A DNA stretch of 64,000 bases from Oopsacas minuta (lineage: Eukaryota > Animalia > Porifera), in assembly GCA_024704765.1 (NCBI GenBank), contig JAKMXF010000199.1, positions 248,001 through 312,000 of the forward strand, read 5' to 3'. Position 1 is the first letter of the stretch; each line of letters begins with the position of its first letter. Shown piece by piece: positions 1 to 10,949 of the stretch. A program made the translations under genes and the position numbers. The notes under the pieces were generated by a model. It was not told the DNA's origin and did not search any database. It worked only from the letters and a program-made list of their open reading frames with translations.

Positions 1-472
1 ATAGAAGAAGGCAATTTGAAATAGTTGCTTGAATCAAAGTCTGGCACTGTGCAAACAATGTACCAACTGTCTAGTACATTTACTCAATGGCTTAAGGTTT
101 CAAGGAAGAAAATTCCACTCAAATTTTCACAAAATCGTAATAATAAATTCCAGGAATTCAAATATATCTAGGTGTCTTTTTCGCCAAATTTTTTGAAATA
201 TTTGTCAGTGTTACAATAATTGAAACCAGAGGCGGTTCCAGTATTTCGCATAGCCTGGGCCAAGATTACAAACCAGGGTAAATATTATTATATAATGGGC
301 AGTGATGGTCTGAAGATATGGCAAAAGGGAACCAGATCGGGGCCCAGATTTTCAAATCCGTGGCAAAAGCACAGTTTGCCCCACACTGAGAGCTCTACTG
401 ATTGATTGATTGATTGATACATTAGAAGTAATATAACAAATAGACAAATATATACTATTAAAACTCAAATAA

Positions 473-1014
473 TCTCTATACATATGTTTGTATATCCAGA
501 ATTGATTGAAGAAACTGAAGGACCACAGGGCTGATTTTTGGCATACAGGGGTATTTTGGGCCAGGCTTGGACAGGTTCGGGTCATGGACGAAAATTCAGA
601 CCTAATTATGATGTCATTACAATCTTTTTGGATTTCAAAAATAAAATTATTACCCACGGCTCAGTCAATATGCATGATAGAAGTTTGAAATTTGAATCAC
701 AGATACTCCTTAATGTGACAAATGTCCTGGTGTCATGATCCTGACAAAAATATATCATCATGGGATTATCACGTCGTCATGACTGAACAAAAAAGTCAAA
801 ATTTTCCTGATTTCTTCTACACGAGGGATGTAGTGCCGAGACTACTAACTAAAAGCGACATAACATCTCCGGTGTCACCATAGAAGCCCATTGAATGTAA
901 TTAGGATGGACCATGGATAATAATATCTTAAAATATTAACAATTCTGTGAATTCGAGGCACGTAATGCTGAGTATATTGTGTCGCGCAGCGACCTAGCAA
1001 GCGAAGCGCACTAG
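473..1014 (+). mobile_element. Non-autonomous Helitron-like element, copy A
   Basis: Sits between A and T (A|TCTCTATAC ... GCGAAGCGCACTAG|T). GC-rich hairpin-forming 3' end, no TIR or TSD. Internal segments align by eye with copies at 43528-45494 and 45545-46098 (e.g. GCTGATTTTTGGCATRCAGGGGTATTTTGGGCC). Confidence 0.75.
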
Positions 1015-1530
1015 TATATGTTGCAATGACAACCATAAAGAAATCCGCGTATCTCGAATTGATTATCGTGGGTGCTTGAGCTTCGATATAACAAGAGTTG
1101 TTTTACCTTTTAAGAATATTGGAAGCCAATGTAACGTAACTATATTAGGCAAATAAGACTACTCTAAATCCGAATTTGAAATTTAAGATATTTCATATGA
1201 AAAATATAGTTGTTTGATGAGTAGAATGTAAATAAAAAATATGAAAATCACAATGATAAGTAAATATCAACTCTCAACTGTTGTGTAGAAGGCAAAATAT
1301 GTATTCGCATGTTAGACTCTGGAAAATGTAAATGTACCAATCAATTTATGACTAAATGCATTAAGCATAAATTAGATAATGGGAATCATCAATAAATACT
1401 GTATTTCTAAATAAGCCCCCTTCAATTTGGAAATGAACGTCTAGTTCATTATAATGAAACGAGCAAAAGCTGGCATAAATGTATGCATGAAGAGATAAAA
1501 AAAAGTATTATAGTATAACAAAGAACTGAC

Positions 1531-1941
1531 TCTCAATGCCTTTTGGAAAGTGCTAACAGAAAGAAGGGAAAGATCTTGTTGTTCTTCGGCATATCTCTCT
1601 AAATATACATACACAAGTTTTCTAATCTCAGTATTTTTGGAAACAACATTCTTGACAACGGCTGCAAATAGTTCAGAACAATTTTGACCTCGGGCTACCA
1701 TTTCTATTATCCTACGCATCGCCTCAAGCTTCAGGGATTCCTTATTGTTATCTAATAGCCTACGGAGTTCATCAAACTTGCGATAATTTTGAGAAAGAAA
1801 TGAGGTAGGGTCTGTACCAGGTAAACTGTAATTGCTAGATCGACGATTATCAAAGTTTGGTCCAAATCCAACCGAAGATAATTTCGGATCGGGACTAATA
1901 CCAACATCAGAGGCATTGTAACCAGAATTAGCAGTAGACAT
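1531..1941 (-). CDS. AP3B1: AP-3 complex subunit beta, first coding exon (gene continues left of the window)
   Basis: Translation ...[76 protein letters not shown] closely matches the AP3B1/2 N-terminus. ATG at 1941; phase-0 donor GTCAGT at 1530. The next exon (expected DPNQLIR) was not found in 1-1500. AP3B1 and AP3B2 cannot be distinguished. Confidence 0.93.
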
Positions 1942-4890
1942 TGACAAAAACACAAATCTAAAGATAAAATATCAATATTTACAATATCAGAGATATATTA
2001 CAGAATAAGTAATTCATGGGCCTTGTAAATTGTAACTAGGGAGCATGGGCCGATAGTATGACGTGTATGACATAGGTCAAGGTCGTATACCAGGCGAATT
2101 AGGTTGATATCCAACACCAAAGACAAGATTTAGAGCTGTGAAGAACTGTAAAGAGACTGAAGCTATATCAAACTCTACTTACACATTTATCATGCTATAA
2201 TAGTCATGAAATGGTGACTTAGGATAAATTTGGAACTAGATTATAGAGTTCGAATAATCTTTAGGAATCATTTTAGACAACAAGCTAAATTTATAATAAC
2301 ATCATCCAATGGATTAAGAACATTAGTACTACATTGAAGACTGAACTAAGTATTCACTATTTAATCAATTTGAGAGCGGATCATTAGGTTGATAAAAATC
2401 ATAGAGGATGATAGATTCATTTTCAGATTGATTTGGCACAATTTTCTAAGAAAACCTTAGGTTGAACTAATTTCGTAAAAGTGGTACAGGTTCACTTTTA
2501 CTAAGCGTAGCATAAGGGACTAAGGATTGTTAAGGGATAGTTCTAGCTTATCTTGATTCTTGCTCCAGGGGGTATCTCAAGATGATAAAATAATTGGAGG
2601 GTTCCCATCACTTCCCTCTGAGTTGTACATAATGACGTAATATATACTATTCCATATTTAGTGACGTAATCTCAATCATCGTAGTCCTTCAGAATATATT
2701 CGAATTCTTTGATACTAAGACTCTCAGAATTTAATCGTTGCAGCTATCACTTAAAGGATATATCAAATTATATTGAAAATTATCATATAATTTGTAAGGA
2801 ATCTCGAATCTCCTTTTCGAGGCATCAAACTTGGGGCTATGGTTATCTCAAAAACTATTCAGTATTTTGTTATAAAATGTATTATTGTCACATAGAAAGT
2901 TGTATATGTAGGGCCCAGTTTTGTTGCCAAGTTTGGAAATGTCCAGGATTTGTCCAGTGTCCTGTTTTTGTCCAGTGTTTTTATTTTGTCCAGGTAGTTG
3001 TTTTTCAGAATTATTAGGTTAATGTTCGGGCTTGTCGATTTTGGAGTGTGTTCATCCAATCAATATTATATTCTGTTACAATTTCAATAATAGATATACG
3101 CTGTCGAGACCACTATCTAATTTTTATATTAATGGTTGGTGAAGGAAATCCAGTTGGCTAAAAATAGCTAGTAGCACATTTATTCAAGTATGAGTATGAC
3201 TTGACACTCCAACTTAGATAAGCTTAGTGTAGCATGCTACAAAACATGCAAATACTGATAATTATGCACATAATTAGGACACGGTTCACAATACAGTAGA
3301 TAACTTTTAATTTATCTCGTTCATAATTGTTATTGTTTACTTTTTAGCAAACTTAAATAGTGAAAACGAGTTTGTTGCCGTCTCAAAGATCAGATTATCA
3401 TAGTGTGAATTCATACCTCAAACTTATTGAAAATATTACCAAAATCAATCAAATGTTTCAAAACATTTTATGTACTTCTCTTGGAAATCATGCTTTAGAG
3501 CAAATATACAGTAGGTCATTATTGCGAATTACTAGTATTAGGGATTTACGCGTTTTATTTTAGAGATAGGCTTATAAAATACATTATTACTGCATAGTAA
3601 GTTGACTATTGCGGTTCTTTTGTTGATTTAATTTGTTGTATCACATCAGGTTTTCAATATACGTCGTAATCTTAATTACCATATACAATAATACAGAAAT
3701 CTAGATATACACTAAACTGAGTTTTATTAGAAGAAATAGAATATGAATATATTATGGCTATGGTAACTGAAGAATAGCTAACATACGAATATCTTATTGA
3801 TGAATTAATGTTAAATACAAGAAGAGTTCATCTATGGAATTTTGAAGGAGAGAATCTTCATTATCAATATTATTAGTGACGTTTTCACCTTGCCTGTTTT
3901 TAACATAATTATTTTGATGGCCTACTTGACCACAGGTGGAACAAATGATGATCTTTCTGAACTTTTCAATCAGAATTAGACAACCATAGATGTAGAGCCT
4001 CATTGCAACATCACTTAACCCACTTAGAAAATCTGATTTCCTGCTCAAATGTGTGTTGAGAACTCACGGATCAACTTATGTCCTTGTTCTAACCCTTCTT
4101 CAGAAAGACTACACAATCATATCCTGTCATTTCTTTCAATGACTTGATAGATATGAACCAAGAATTTGTGGAGTGTAATGCTAATAGATACCCAGGGAAA
4201 GGTTTATAAGATTAGTATGTGGGTTTCTTGACTTAACACACGAAATCTGTCTTATCGACAACTTCATTACTATTAGCAACTATGAGTAATACAGATAGAT
4301 TCCTATGAATCTCTGCCAGAGCATCTCTATAAACAAAGCGATCCTAAAACACGAGTTTGTATATGAAAAAAATGTTCTTGCCATGTTATCAGTGCTTGTG
4401 TTCCCACTTCCTCCTGGTTGGTCGAATAATAAGTTTGTAAGCTCATGGATACGCTTGCATACTAAACCTCGATAATCTCGCACCATTTGATCTTCAATCC
4501 ACCTGGACTTTGCTGCTGCAATTCGGTAGATGAGGTTCAAAACCAATCTAAAATCCTTAGGTAAGAATGTAAAGGTGCTGCAGGAAATACATCAATGCCA
4601 CTTGCAGGTTTGTGTGTAATCCCACACCGTGCTTTGTATTGTAGCTCATCAGTTTTTTTTCATCAGAGGTTAATTGACGGATTGTCTCTTTGATATCCTC
4701 TATCGAATAATCTAAAGGAAACCCACAGACAACTTTCGTAATACCATTGAAATCACTTCGGGTTGCTTTACAGGCAATACATGGCGCTCCTCCTTTACCT
4801 GTCATTGTTGCTAACGTTTTTCCGTCAAACATTGAAGCTTTGACTTCTACTTTAACATGGCCATTTAGGTGATCAAAACATTCTCATTTA

Positions 4891-7226
4891 CACGTTTTTT
4901 TTTTTATAAGGAACCCTAATTCAAACTTCAGGCTGAAGTTCCTTATTTTTTTTGCCAATTTCAGCCTCAAAGTTCCTTATCGGTTCCTTATTTTCTCGGC
5001 TCGAAATATTGCTTAGTAAGAAGGTACCTACGTATTCAATTACTTAATTAACTGATTATTAACATTTTAACATTGTAAAGTGTGTATTTAGCTTTTACAT
5101 GTGTGCTAACAGACAGCCAACACTTGGCAGTTTTGGATTTATAAAACGCGTTAGACACCGTGGGGTATGGAACGAAATCATTCTACCTGACATTTCAGAA
5201 CAGCCCAAATTGGAATGTCCCCACTGTGATAACAAATTCAAAAATCAACAAGGATTGACGGTACACCTAAAATGTACACACGGTAACATTTCAGAAAGTA
5301 CCAATGTCGAAATAAACAACGTCCCACTTACTAGTAGTATAGCTGAAATCGAACATGTTTCGAACGTTGATTCAGAAGAACTACAGCTAGGAGTATTTGA
5401 AGCGCAAGATATTTCAATTGAGCCACCTGCTAAAAGATCCCGTGGTCAAGATAGTAGACGGCAGTATAATTCAGTGTTCAAAGCGAAAATTGTTTCAAAT
5501 CTTGAAGCAGGAGTATCACCCAAGGTACTAGCTCAGAAACATGCTATCAGCAAATCAATGTTATCTATGTGGCGCTTGAACAAGGGAAAGATAATGTTGG
5601 CGGCTTCAAATGACCACAAGAAACTCTTGAAAATCAGACCTTCGACAAAATACGCGGAATTATATAGGGATCTAAGGAAGGTTTTCCTAGAAGCTCGTAG
5701 TAAAGGACACCGAGTTGATTTCAACTGGATATGGTCAAAAGCTAGAATTCTATACAGGCAGAAAACGAACGATCCAAATGCCATCGTAAGGAAGCATGTA
5801 ATCGTGAACTTTATCAAACGAAATGATTTAAGATTACGCTCCCGCCAGAGAAATCGTAAGTTAAGCAAGGAGAACTTTCGTCTCCCGATGCAACAATGGC
5901 ATGCTACTACCAGAGAGCGGTTGATAAGGACAGGATGTGCAGACTCTTATAACTCCAAATGGGGTAGGTATGCACCGGAGCAGCGATTTAATGTTGATCA
6001 ATCTCCTTGTCCCTTTGTCATTAATACAAAGAAAACATATGAAATGTTAGAAAAGAAAAACCCAAACAATCGTGAACATAAAGTTTGGATATCCCAACCT
6101 GGAAGTGGCTTGGACAAACGTCAGTGCACTCTCCAAATCTGTTTTCGGCCAACTGGGAAGCAGCCTCGAGTTGCAATTATATTCAATGGAAAGGGAAAAA
6201 GGATAAGTGAGGATGAAAAAAATGCATGGCACCCAGATGTTGATGTGTATTTTCAAGAAAACGCATGGGCAGATACCGCATTTTCTGTCGAATGGGTAAA
6301 ACGTACCCTCTCCCCCATAGTTCAACATAGTATTGATCGTTTTGTCTTATTTTGCGACAATTTATCAGCCCAGATATCTGACGAATTTAAGAAATCTGTT
6401 TCAGATTTAAATGGCGTTTGCTGGTATGGATTACCTAATGCAACTGACATCTGGCAACCGGTAGATGCTGGATATGCTGAATTACTGAAAGTTTTCCTAA
6501 ACCAAAAGCATCATGAGTGGCTTGACTGCGATGGCAATGCCACCAAGTGGTATGAAAGCACGCAAAGTTTTAGGAGGAAAGAGCGGTGGATTTTACTTAC
6601 TCATTGGGTCGGTGAAGGATATAAAAAATTGATAAGTTCGCAATACGATTCATTCAGATTGCGGATATGGCAAAAGACTGGTTGTCTCATGACCGCTGAT
6701 GGTACTGAGGATCACCTAGTGCAACCAGAAGGATTACCTGGCTACAATATTCCTCCTCCCTCTATGATTGACCCGGACACTGTGACTCCAGGCATGCAAA
6801 ACCCAGAACCAAATGAAAATGTAGATATTCAATCCGAGAAAGAAAGTCTTCTAATTGATAATGATGATGAGCGTGAAGAATTTGAGGATAATATAGCTGA
6901 TAGGATTTTTCACCATGAACTCGTTGGAAAACAAGTTAAAGGGTTATATGAAAATGGGTGGTTTATTGGAAAGATCCAATATTTTAACAGTAGGCTTGAT
7001 GAGTTTAAAGTAGTATTTGAAGATGATTCAATTGATTATATATCAAAGGAAGATATAGACGATGTTGAAATATTCTTGATAAATTAATAAATGATACTAT
7101 GATAGGTATATTATTTATGGGTTTTATAATCTCAGGCTGGGCAGTTCCTTAAGAGTTCCTTAATTTTTTGCCAATTCTCAGCCTGGAGTTCCTTATAAAG
7201 GTGTTCCTTATAAAAAAAACAACGTG
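4891..7226 (+). mobile_element. Full-length pogo-superfamily DNA transposon (2336 bp)
   Basis: 24-bp TIRs CACGTT(T/G)TTTTTTTTATAAGGAAC with 1 mismatch; TA on both sides (4889-90, 7227-28); subterminal GTTCCTTA repeats; single intact ORF. Confidence 0.95.
5099..7087 (+). CDS. Intact pogo-type DD35D transposase, 662 aa, with N-terminal C2H2 finger and C-terminal Tudor-like domain
   Basis: CPHCDNKFKNQQGLTVHLKCTH (C2H2); RRQYNSVFKAKIV... (psq-like HTH); CENP-B-type HTH; triad FNVDQ / LFCDN / WQPVD with 35 residues between D2 and D3; acidic linker; ELVGKQVKGLYENGWFIGKIQYF...FKVVFEDDSIDY (Tudor-like). Confidence 0.92.
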   Translation: MCANRQPTLGSFGFIKRVRHRGVWNEIILPDISEQPKLECPHCDNKFKNQQGLTVHLKCTHGNISESTNVEINNVPLTSSIAEIEHVSNVDSEELQLGVFEAQDISIEPPAKRSRGQDSRRQYNSVFKAKIVSNLEAGVSPKVLAQKHAISKSMLSMWRLNKGKIMLAASNDHKKLLKIRPSTKYAELYRDLRKVFLEARSKGHRVDFNWIWSKARILYRQKTNDPNAIVRKHVIVNFIKRNDLRLRSRQRNRKLSKENFRLPMQQWHATTRERLIRTGCADSYNSKWGRYAPEQRFNVDQSPCPFVINTKKTYEMLEKKNPNNREHKVWISQPGSGLDKRQCTLQICFRPTGKQPRVAIIFNGKGKRISEDEKNAWHPDVDVYFQENAWADTAFSVEWVKRTLSPIVQHSIDRFVLFCDNLSAQISDEFKKSVSDLNGVCWYGLPNATDIWQPVDAGYAELLKVFLNQKHHEWLDCDGNATKWYESTQSFRRKERWILLTHWVGEGYKKLISSQYDSFRLRIWQKTGCLMTADGTEDHLVQPEGLPGYNIPPPSMIDPDTVTPGMQNPEPNENVDIQSEKESLLIDNDDEREEFEDNIADRIFHHELVGKQVKGLYENGWFIGKIQYFNSRLDEFKVVFEDDSIDYISKEDIDDVEIFLIN

Positions 7227-9543
7227 TAGTGAAACAAGACAATAACCCAGGAGATGAATGAGATCCAAAACCATCCAGTCCATGCTTGATTTTGAGTGTT
7301 AATAGATAGAAGTGTGGTGCAGGAAAATTTAGCACACATTCTTTTAACTACCGGTCAAAGAGAGAAATTACATGTGATGAGTAAGATATACAGACCCTAT
7401 AGGATTGGAAACATTAGGATACCAGTCAAATGTTGGAACATTGATTTTCTAATTTCACTGATTTTTTCCCAAGTTGCCAAAACGAGGCCTTCTGATTGGA
7501 GATAATATCTAAGATCTCCCCCATTTTCCTTTCCCCAACTTAACTTGATATGCTAAGAATGTTGATTTTTCTGGTGAAACTATGTTACTGAGGGTTGGTA
7601 TCGATTCTTCGTTATAGATTTTCCAAGCGATATTTGCGATGCCTTTAAAACCAATTTGTTCTACAGCTACAATATACAAGAGGAGAGCAGCGTAGCGAAT
7701 AACAGAAATATTTTCAAGTTGTGATAACTGACGGATGGAAGTAAGTATTCAGGTCTGATCAAGCCTTATCTTCTTTGAACGAACTTGAATGTCATCAATT
7801 GATTTTCTCCTCTCTACATTTGGAACCAATATAACACCGCTTTCTACATCACAGCCTGAGACAGAAGGAAATGATTGGGTTCGCTTAGGTTTAACAGGGA
7901 TCCATGGAATACTTGCACTCCACCACTCACCATTTAAGCTCTCAATAGATTTCTTACTCTTTCTGAAATTATACCATACTTTAGACATTAGAGAGGATAG
8001 AGAATGTCTCTTGTCTTCCTCGAGATTTAGTATACGCACCACTTTATCGCTGCTTCATTGATATCATAGTCGTGAACCTTCAATATGATAGCCAAGTCCA
8101 TACGTGTTTGCGGGCTTTCAGATACTATTGTTGTTTCAGCCATCTTTAAATTGATAATTAGAGGTTTAATGGGTTATCAAATTAATGAACATGTATACTA
8201 CCGCGTAATATGCAGTGTATATATATATAATTATTGCGTTATATTGGTGTAAGATTACAATGGAATTACATTGCATTGTACCATAGCAACGTAGATGTGA
8301 GAATGGAATTTGACAAAGTTTAATATGTTGCGCCATGAAGCGGCATTTGTAGTTTGAATATAATGTTTTATTACTTGACAAGAATACATACTAAAAATTC
8401 AGGGTGGAAACTAGTGGAAAAAAATTTTGCTGTCAACAGGATGGCTTATGGCCGAGAGAAATTTCTACAAATTTTTCACAGTATTGTATACGTAATATCT
8501 GATTAATCTTTTAGCTCTTGAAGAAATTCAATGATAGATTCAAATTCAGCGCACTCACTTTGCTGGAAAAGCAAGTAAATGAACAATGGTATGCATCATA
8601 AATTCAACAGATTACTGAAATAGCTTCAGTCATTTATATAATGGAGGTATATAACATAGAATACAGCAATGAAGTTCTACATTTGATTGACAACAAAAAT
8701 AGAAATATTTAACTGTTTCATCTGATACTTTACATATCGTTCGTTGAATATATCTAGAATCTAATCCCTAATTTAAAATGGTAAAAATGGAATGTAAGAA
8801 TTTGGGCCTAATGCACCCTAGTAGCCCACTGTGCAAATAAAATCTTAATCCTGGATAAGTAGCTTAAAGTCTTCAGATCTAATTCATTGTTTATTATCCA
8901 TTCATACTCAAAACTATTGGGTTATTGCCTTGATATCAATCAAATATATTCTTTGTTTTTTTATGATGCATTTAGGATTTCAAGTAATATTAACAAGTAT
9001 AATTCAATCTTAACTAACTCACTTGCATAGTACTTAATTAGAAATTTGGGATCAGATATAGAAAAATATTCCACTGAAATCTTCAGAAACTTTTCTAAAA
9101 TTCCATTGGGTAGTTACATCGAAACTGCCACTGGATAGTTATCTAATGAGATTCAATTGTAGAGTTTTGAAGAAATTTTTTGGGCATATATTAGTGGTTT
9201 TGTGGAAATTGTTTTTGACATTCAAATTGATAGTTTTGTCGTTTGGTTTACAAACATGCCATTGAAAAAGAAGGTTATAACTGTGTGGTGTATATATTAT
9301 AGGTCGCCAAATATTTTTCATTTCTAGCTCACTTCTAGACACGGATTATCGAATCATTTTCCTCTGAATCTATTTGAAATCGAATGCTGAGAGAATTAAA
9401 TGGAGGTGCAATTATTGTAACTCAGCCTTGGGATTCACAAATTAAACTACCTCGCTAAATGATACTTGAATTATTTTGATATTGACAATGTTTCATCCGA
9501 AATTGTGGTTACTATAGGATCTAGGGAGAGGATGTCATAATTC

Positions 9544-9690
9544 CTAGGGGGTAACTACCATTGAGGCAGAGGAAGCAGCTGCCTCCTCACTTTTCCGAGC
9601 GTTGCCTCATCTGCCTATTATAATCGCCATTATATTGAGGAAAATATCCATCCTTGCCTCCTCGCTATGTGATCCTTAGCTACATCCCAG
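9544..9690. mobile_element. Probable short hAT-type MITE
   Basis: Imperfect terminal inverted repeats (CTAGGGGGTAACTA / TAGCTACATCCCAG) and repeated GAGGCA/TGCCTC motifs. No TSD recognised. Confidence 0.4.
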
Positions 9691-9769
9691 CAACAGTACT
9701 AATTTACAGACTAATTTTCCATTCTTAATTCACGTAGACAATCATCAAGTTAAATGCAAGGTATGTTCA

Positions 9770-10320
9770 AGCGCATTTTCAGTCAAATATAAAGGAAATC
9801 AAGCAATTAATACTCATATTTTGACAAAGGAACACCAGAAAGCTCTAGTTAATAATCCGCAAACATGTTCCTTAGAATCTATTGGTGTCACTCATGAAAT
9901 TGATCTTTTATTGGTAGCAAAAGAAGCTACTTGGTCATTTAACATTGTCAAACATGACCAGAGCTTCAGATCAATGGATTGTACCACACAAAGGATTCGA
10001 AAGTAGTTTGACTCAAATATTACTTGTCCCAGGACCAAAACAGAAGCTATTGATCGTAATGTTATTCACCATATTGCATGTTTCTATGTATACATGACTT
10101 AGAGGCAACTAGATTTATTTCTATATACACGGATCAATCAAGCCATAGAGAAACTAAATGCTATATATCCTTGTCAGATGCTTTTCAAATTTTAATGGTT
10201 GAATTGTGAAGCTTGCTTCACAACCCGGAGAAACATCAGCTATATTAAGCGAATATGTAATGACTACTGTTCATAAGTTTGATCTCAAAAGCAAAATAAT
10301 TGGGCTCAATACAAATCTAT
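9770..10320 (+). pseudogene. Decayed hAT-type transposase fragment
   Basis: VAKEATWSFNIVKHDQSFRSMDCTT, then C-P-R-T-K-T-E-A-I and FISIYTDQSSHRETK across frameshifts. These resemble the hAT N-terminal/first-Asp region. Confidence 0.55.
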
Positions 10321-10819
10321 TCTTATTTTTCCATTCACTTTATGGGTAGAATTATTGAAGGATATTTTTTATGAAGCTGAGATAGAATATCGAAAACTGC
10401 TTGCTAATAACCAGATGGCTAACATCACTAGCTGCTTTAGAGAGAATGTTAACAATTATATCAGTGTCGTTCTCCTGGATAAGGGAAGGGTCTTATGCTC
10501 CGATAACATTTGGAGTATTAATACGATGTTATCCACACAGGGCTACCACATTAGGAATAATGAAGCATTCAGGGGTTTATCTAGGTGCTTGACTGGCACC
10601 TAAAAGTGCCAGTTCAGCAACCATTTAGTACAAAAGTTCTTGCCATGAGACTACAATTAGTCAAGATCAATATGTGACCGTCCAGAAAAGTGCCATCCCA
10701 GGAGAGCCAGGGTAAGAAGCAATGCCGATTCAGAAATTTCTGTAGAAACCCCTGGAAGCAATATTGAAAAATATAATATGGCTTTGGCTAGGCAGACTCA
10801 GGGATATTTAGACCTGTTG

Positions 10820-10949
10820 CGTAGGATTTTGACCCGCATCAGAATGTATTACACGAATTACAGCCGTAGGATTTTGACCCGCATATAATGTATTATTATC
10901 GTAGGATTCTGACCCGCATATATGCATTATTGTCGTAGGATTTTGACCC
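10820..10949 (+). repeat. Four copies of CGTAGGATT(T/C)TGACCC in the Ginger left subterminus
   Basis: Copies start at 10820, 10865, 10900 and 10934; the first is part of the TIR. Only one copy is present at the other end. Confidence 0.9.

Larger units (their letters stand above)
3960..8833 (-). mobile_element. Decayed Transib/RAG1-core-like transposon (relic 1), interrupted by the pogo element
   Basis: Ordered minus-strand motifs: ERRKSIDDIQVRSKKIRL (NBD-like), LKIKHGLDGFGSH (D1), SMFDGK..CIAC (D2 + ZnC2), DQPGGSGNTSTDNMARTFF, FPWVSISITLHKFLVHIYQVIERND (ZnH2), SLSEEGLEQGHKLIREF (E). Many stops and frameshifts. Candidate 5' terminus CACAGTGGG at 8833-8825; 3' terminus not located, so the left coordinate is approximate. 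Confidence 0.8.

Noticed and set aside
1441-1953. 170-aa AP3B ORF as given in the ORF track
   Set aside because: It starts at a GTG and reads through a splice donor into intron sequence after FQKALR. The real exon is 1941-1531.
2629-2670. Two TGACGTAA (CRE/ATF-like) sites upstream of AP3B
   Set aside because: Short motifs with no TSS evidence; similar motifs occur inside repeats elsewhere in the window.
5533-6328. Antisense ORFs inside transposases (also 37580-37780, 41506-41724, 44787-44978, 61877-62205 and 29421-29612 in NMT)
   Set aside because: These are shadow ORFs on the opposite strand of genuine coding sequence, with no recognisable motifs.
10355-10810. Possible transposase remnant (LLDKG.. 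motif) flanking the Ginger insertion and continuing at 16598
   Set aside because: The frame appears to continue across the empty site, but there are too few diagnostic motifs to assign a family.
10820-10949. CRISPR-like repeat-spacer array
   Set aside because: Only four ~16-20-bp units with short, mutually similar AT-rich spacers; no cas genes; eukaryotic context; the first unit is the Ginger TIR.
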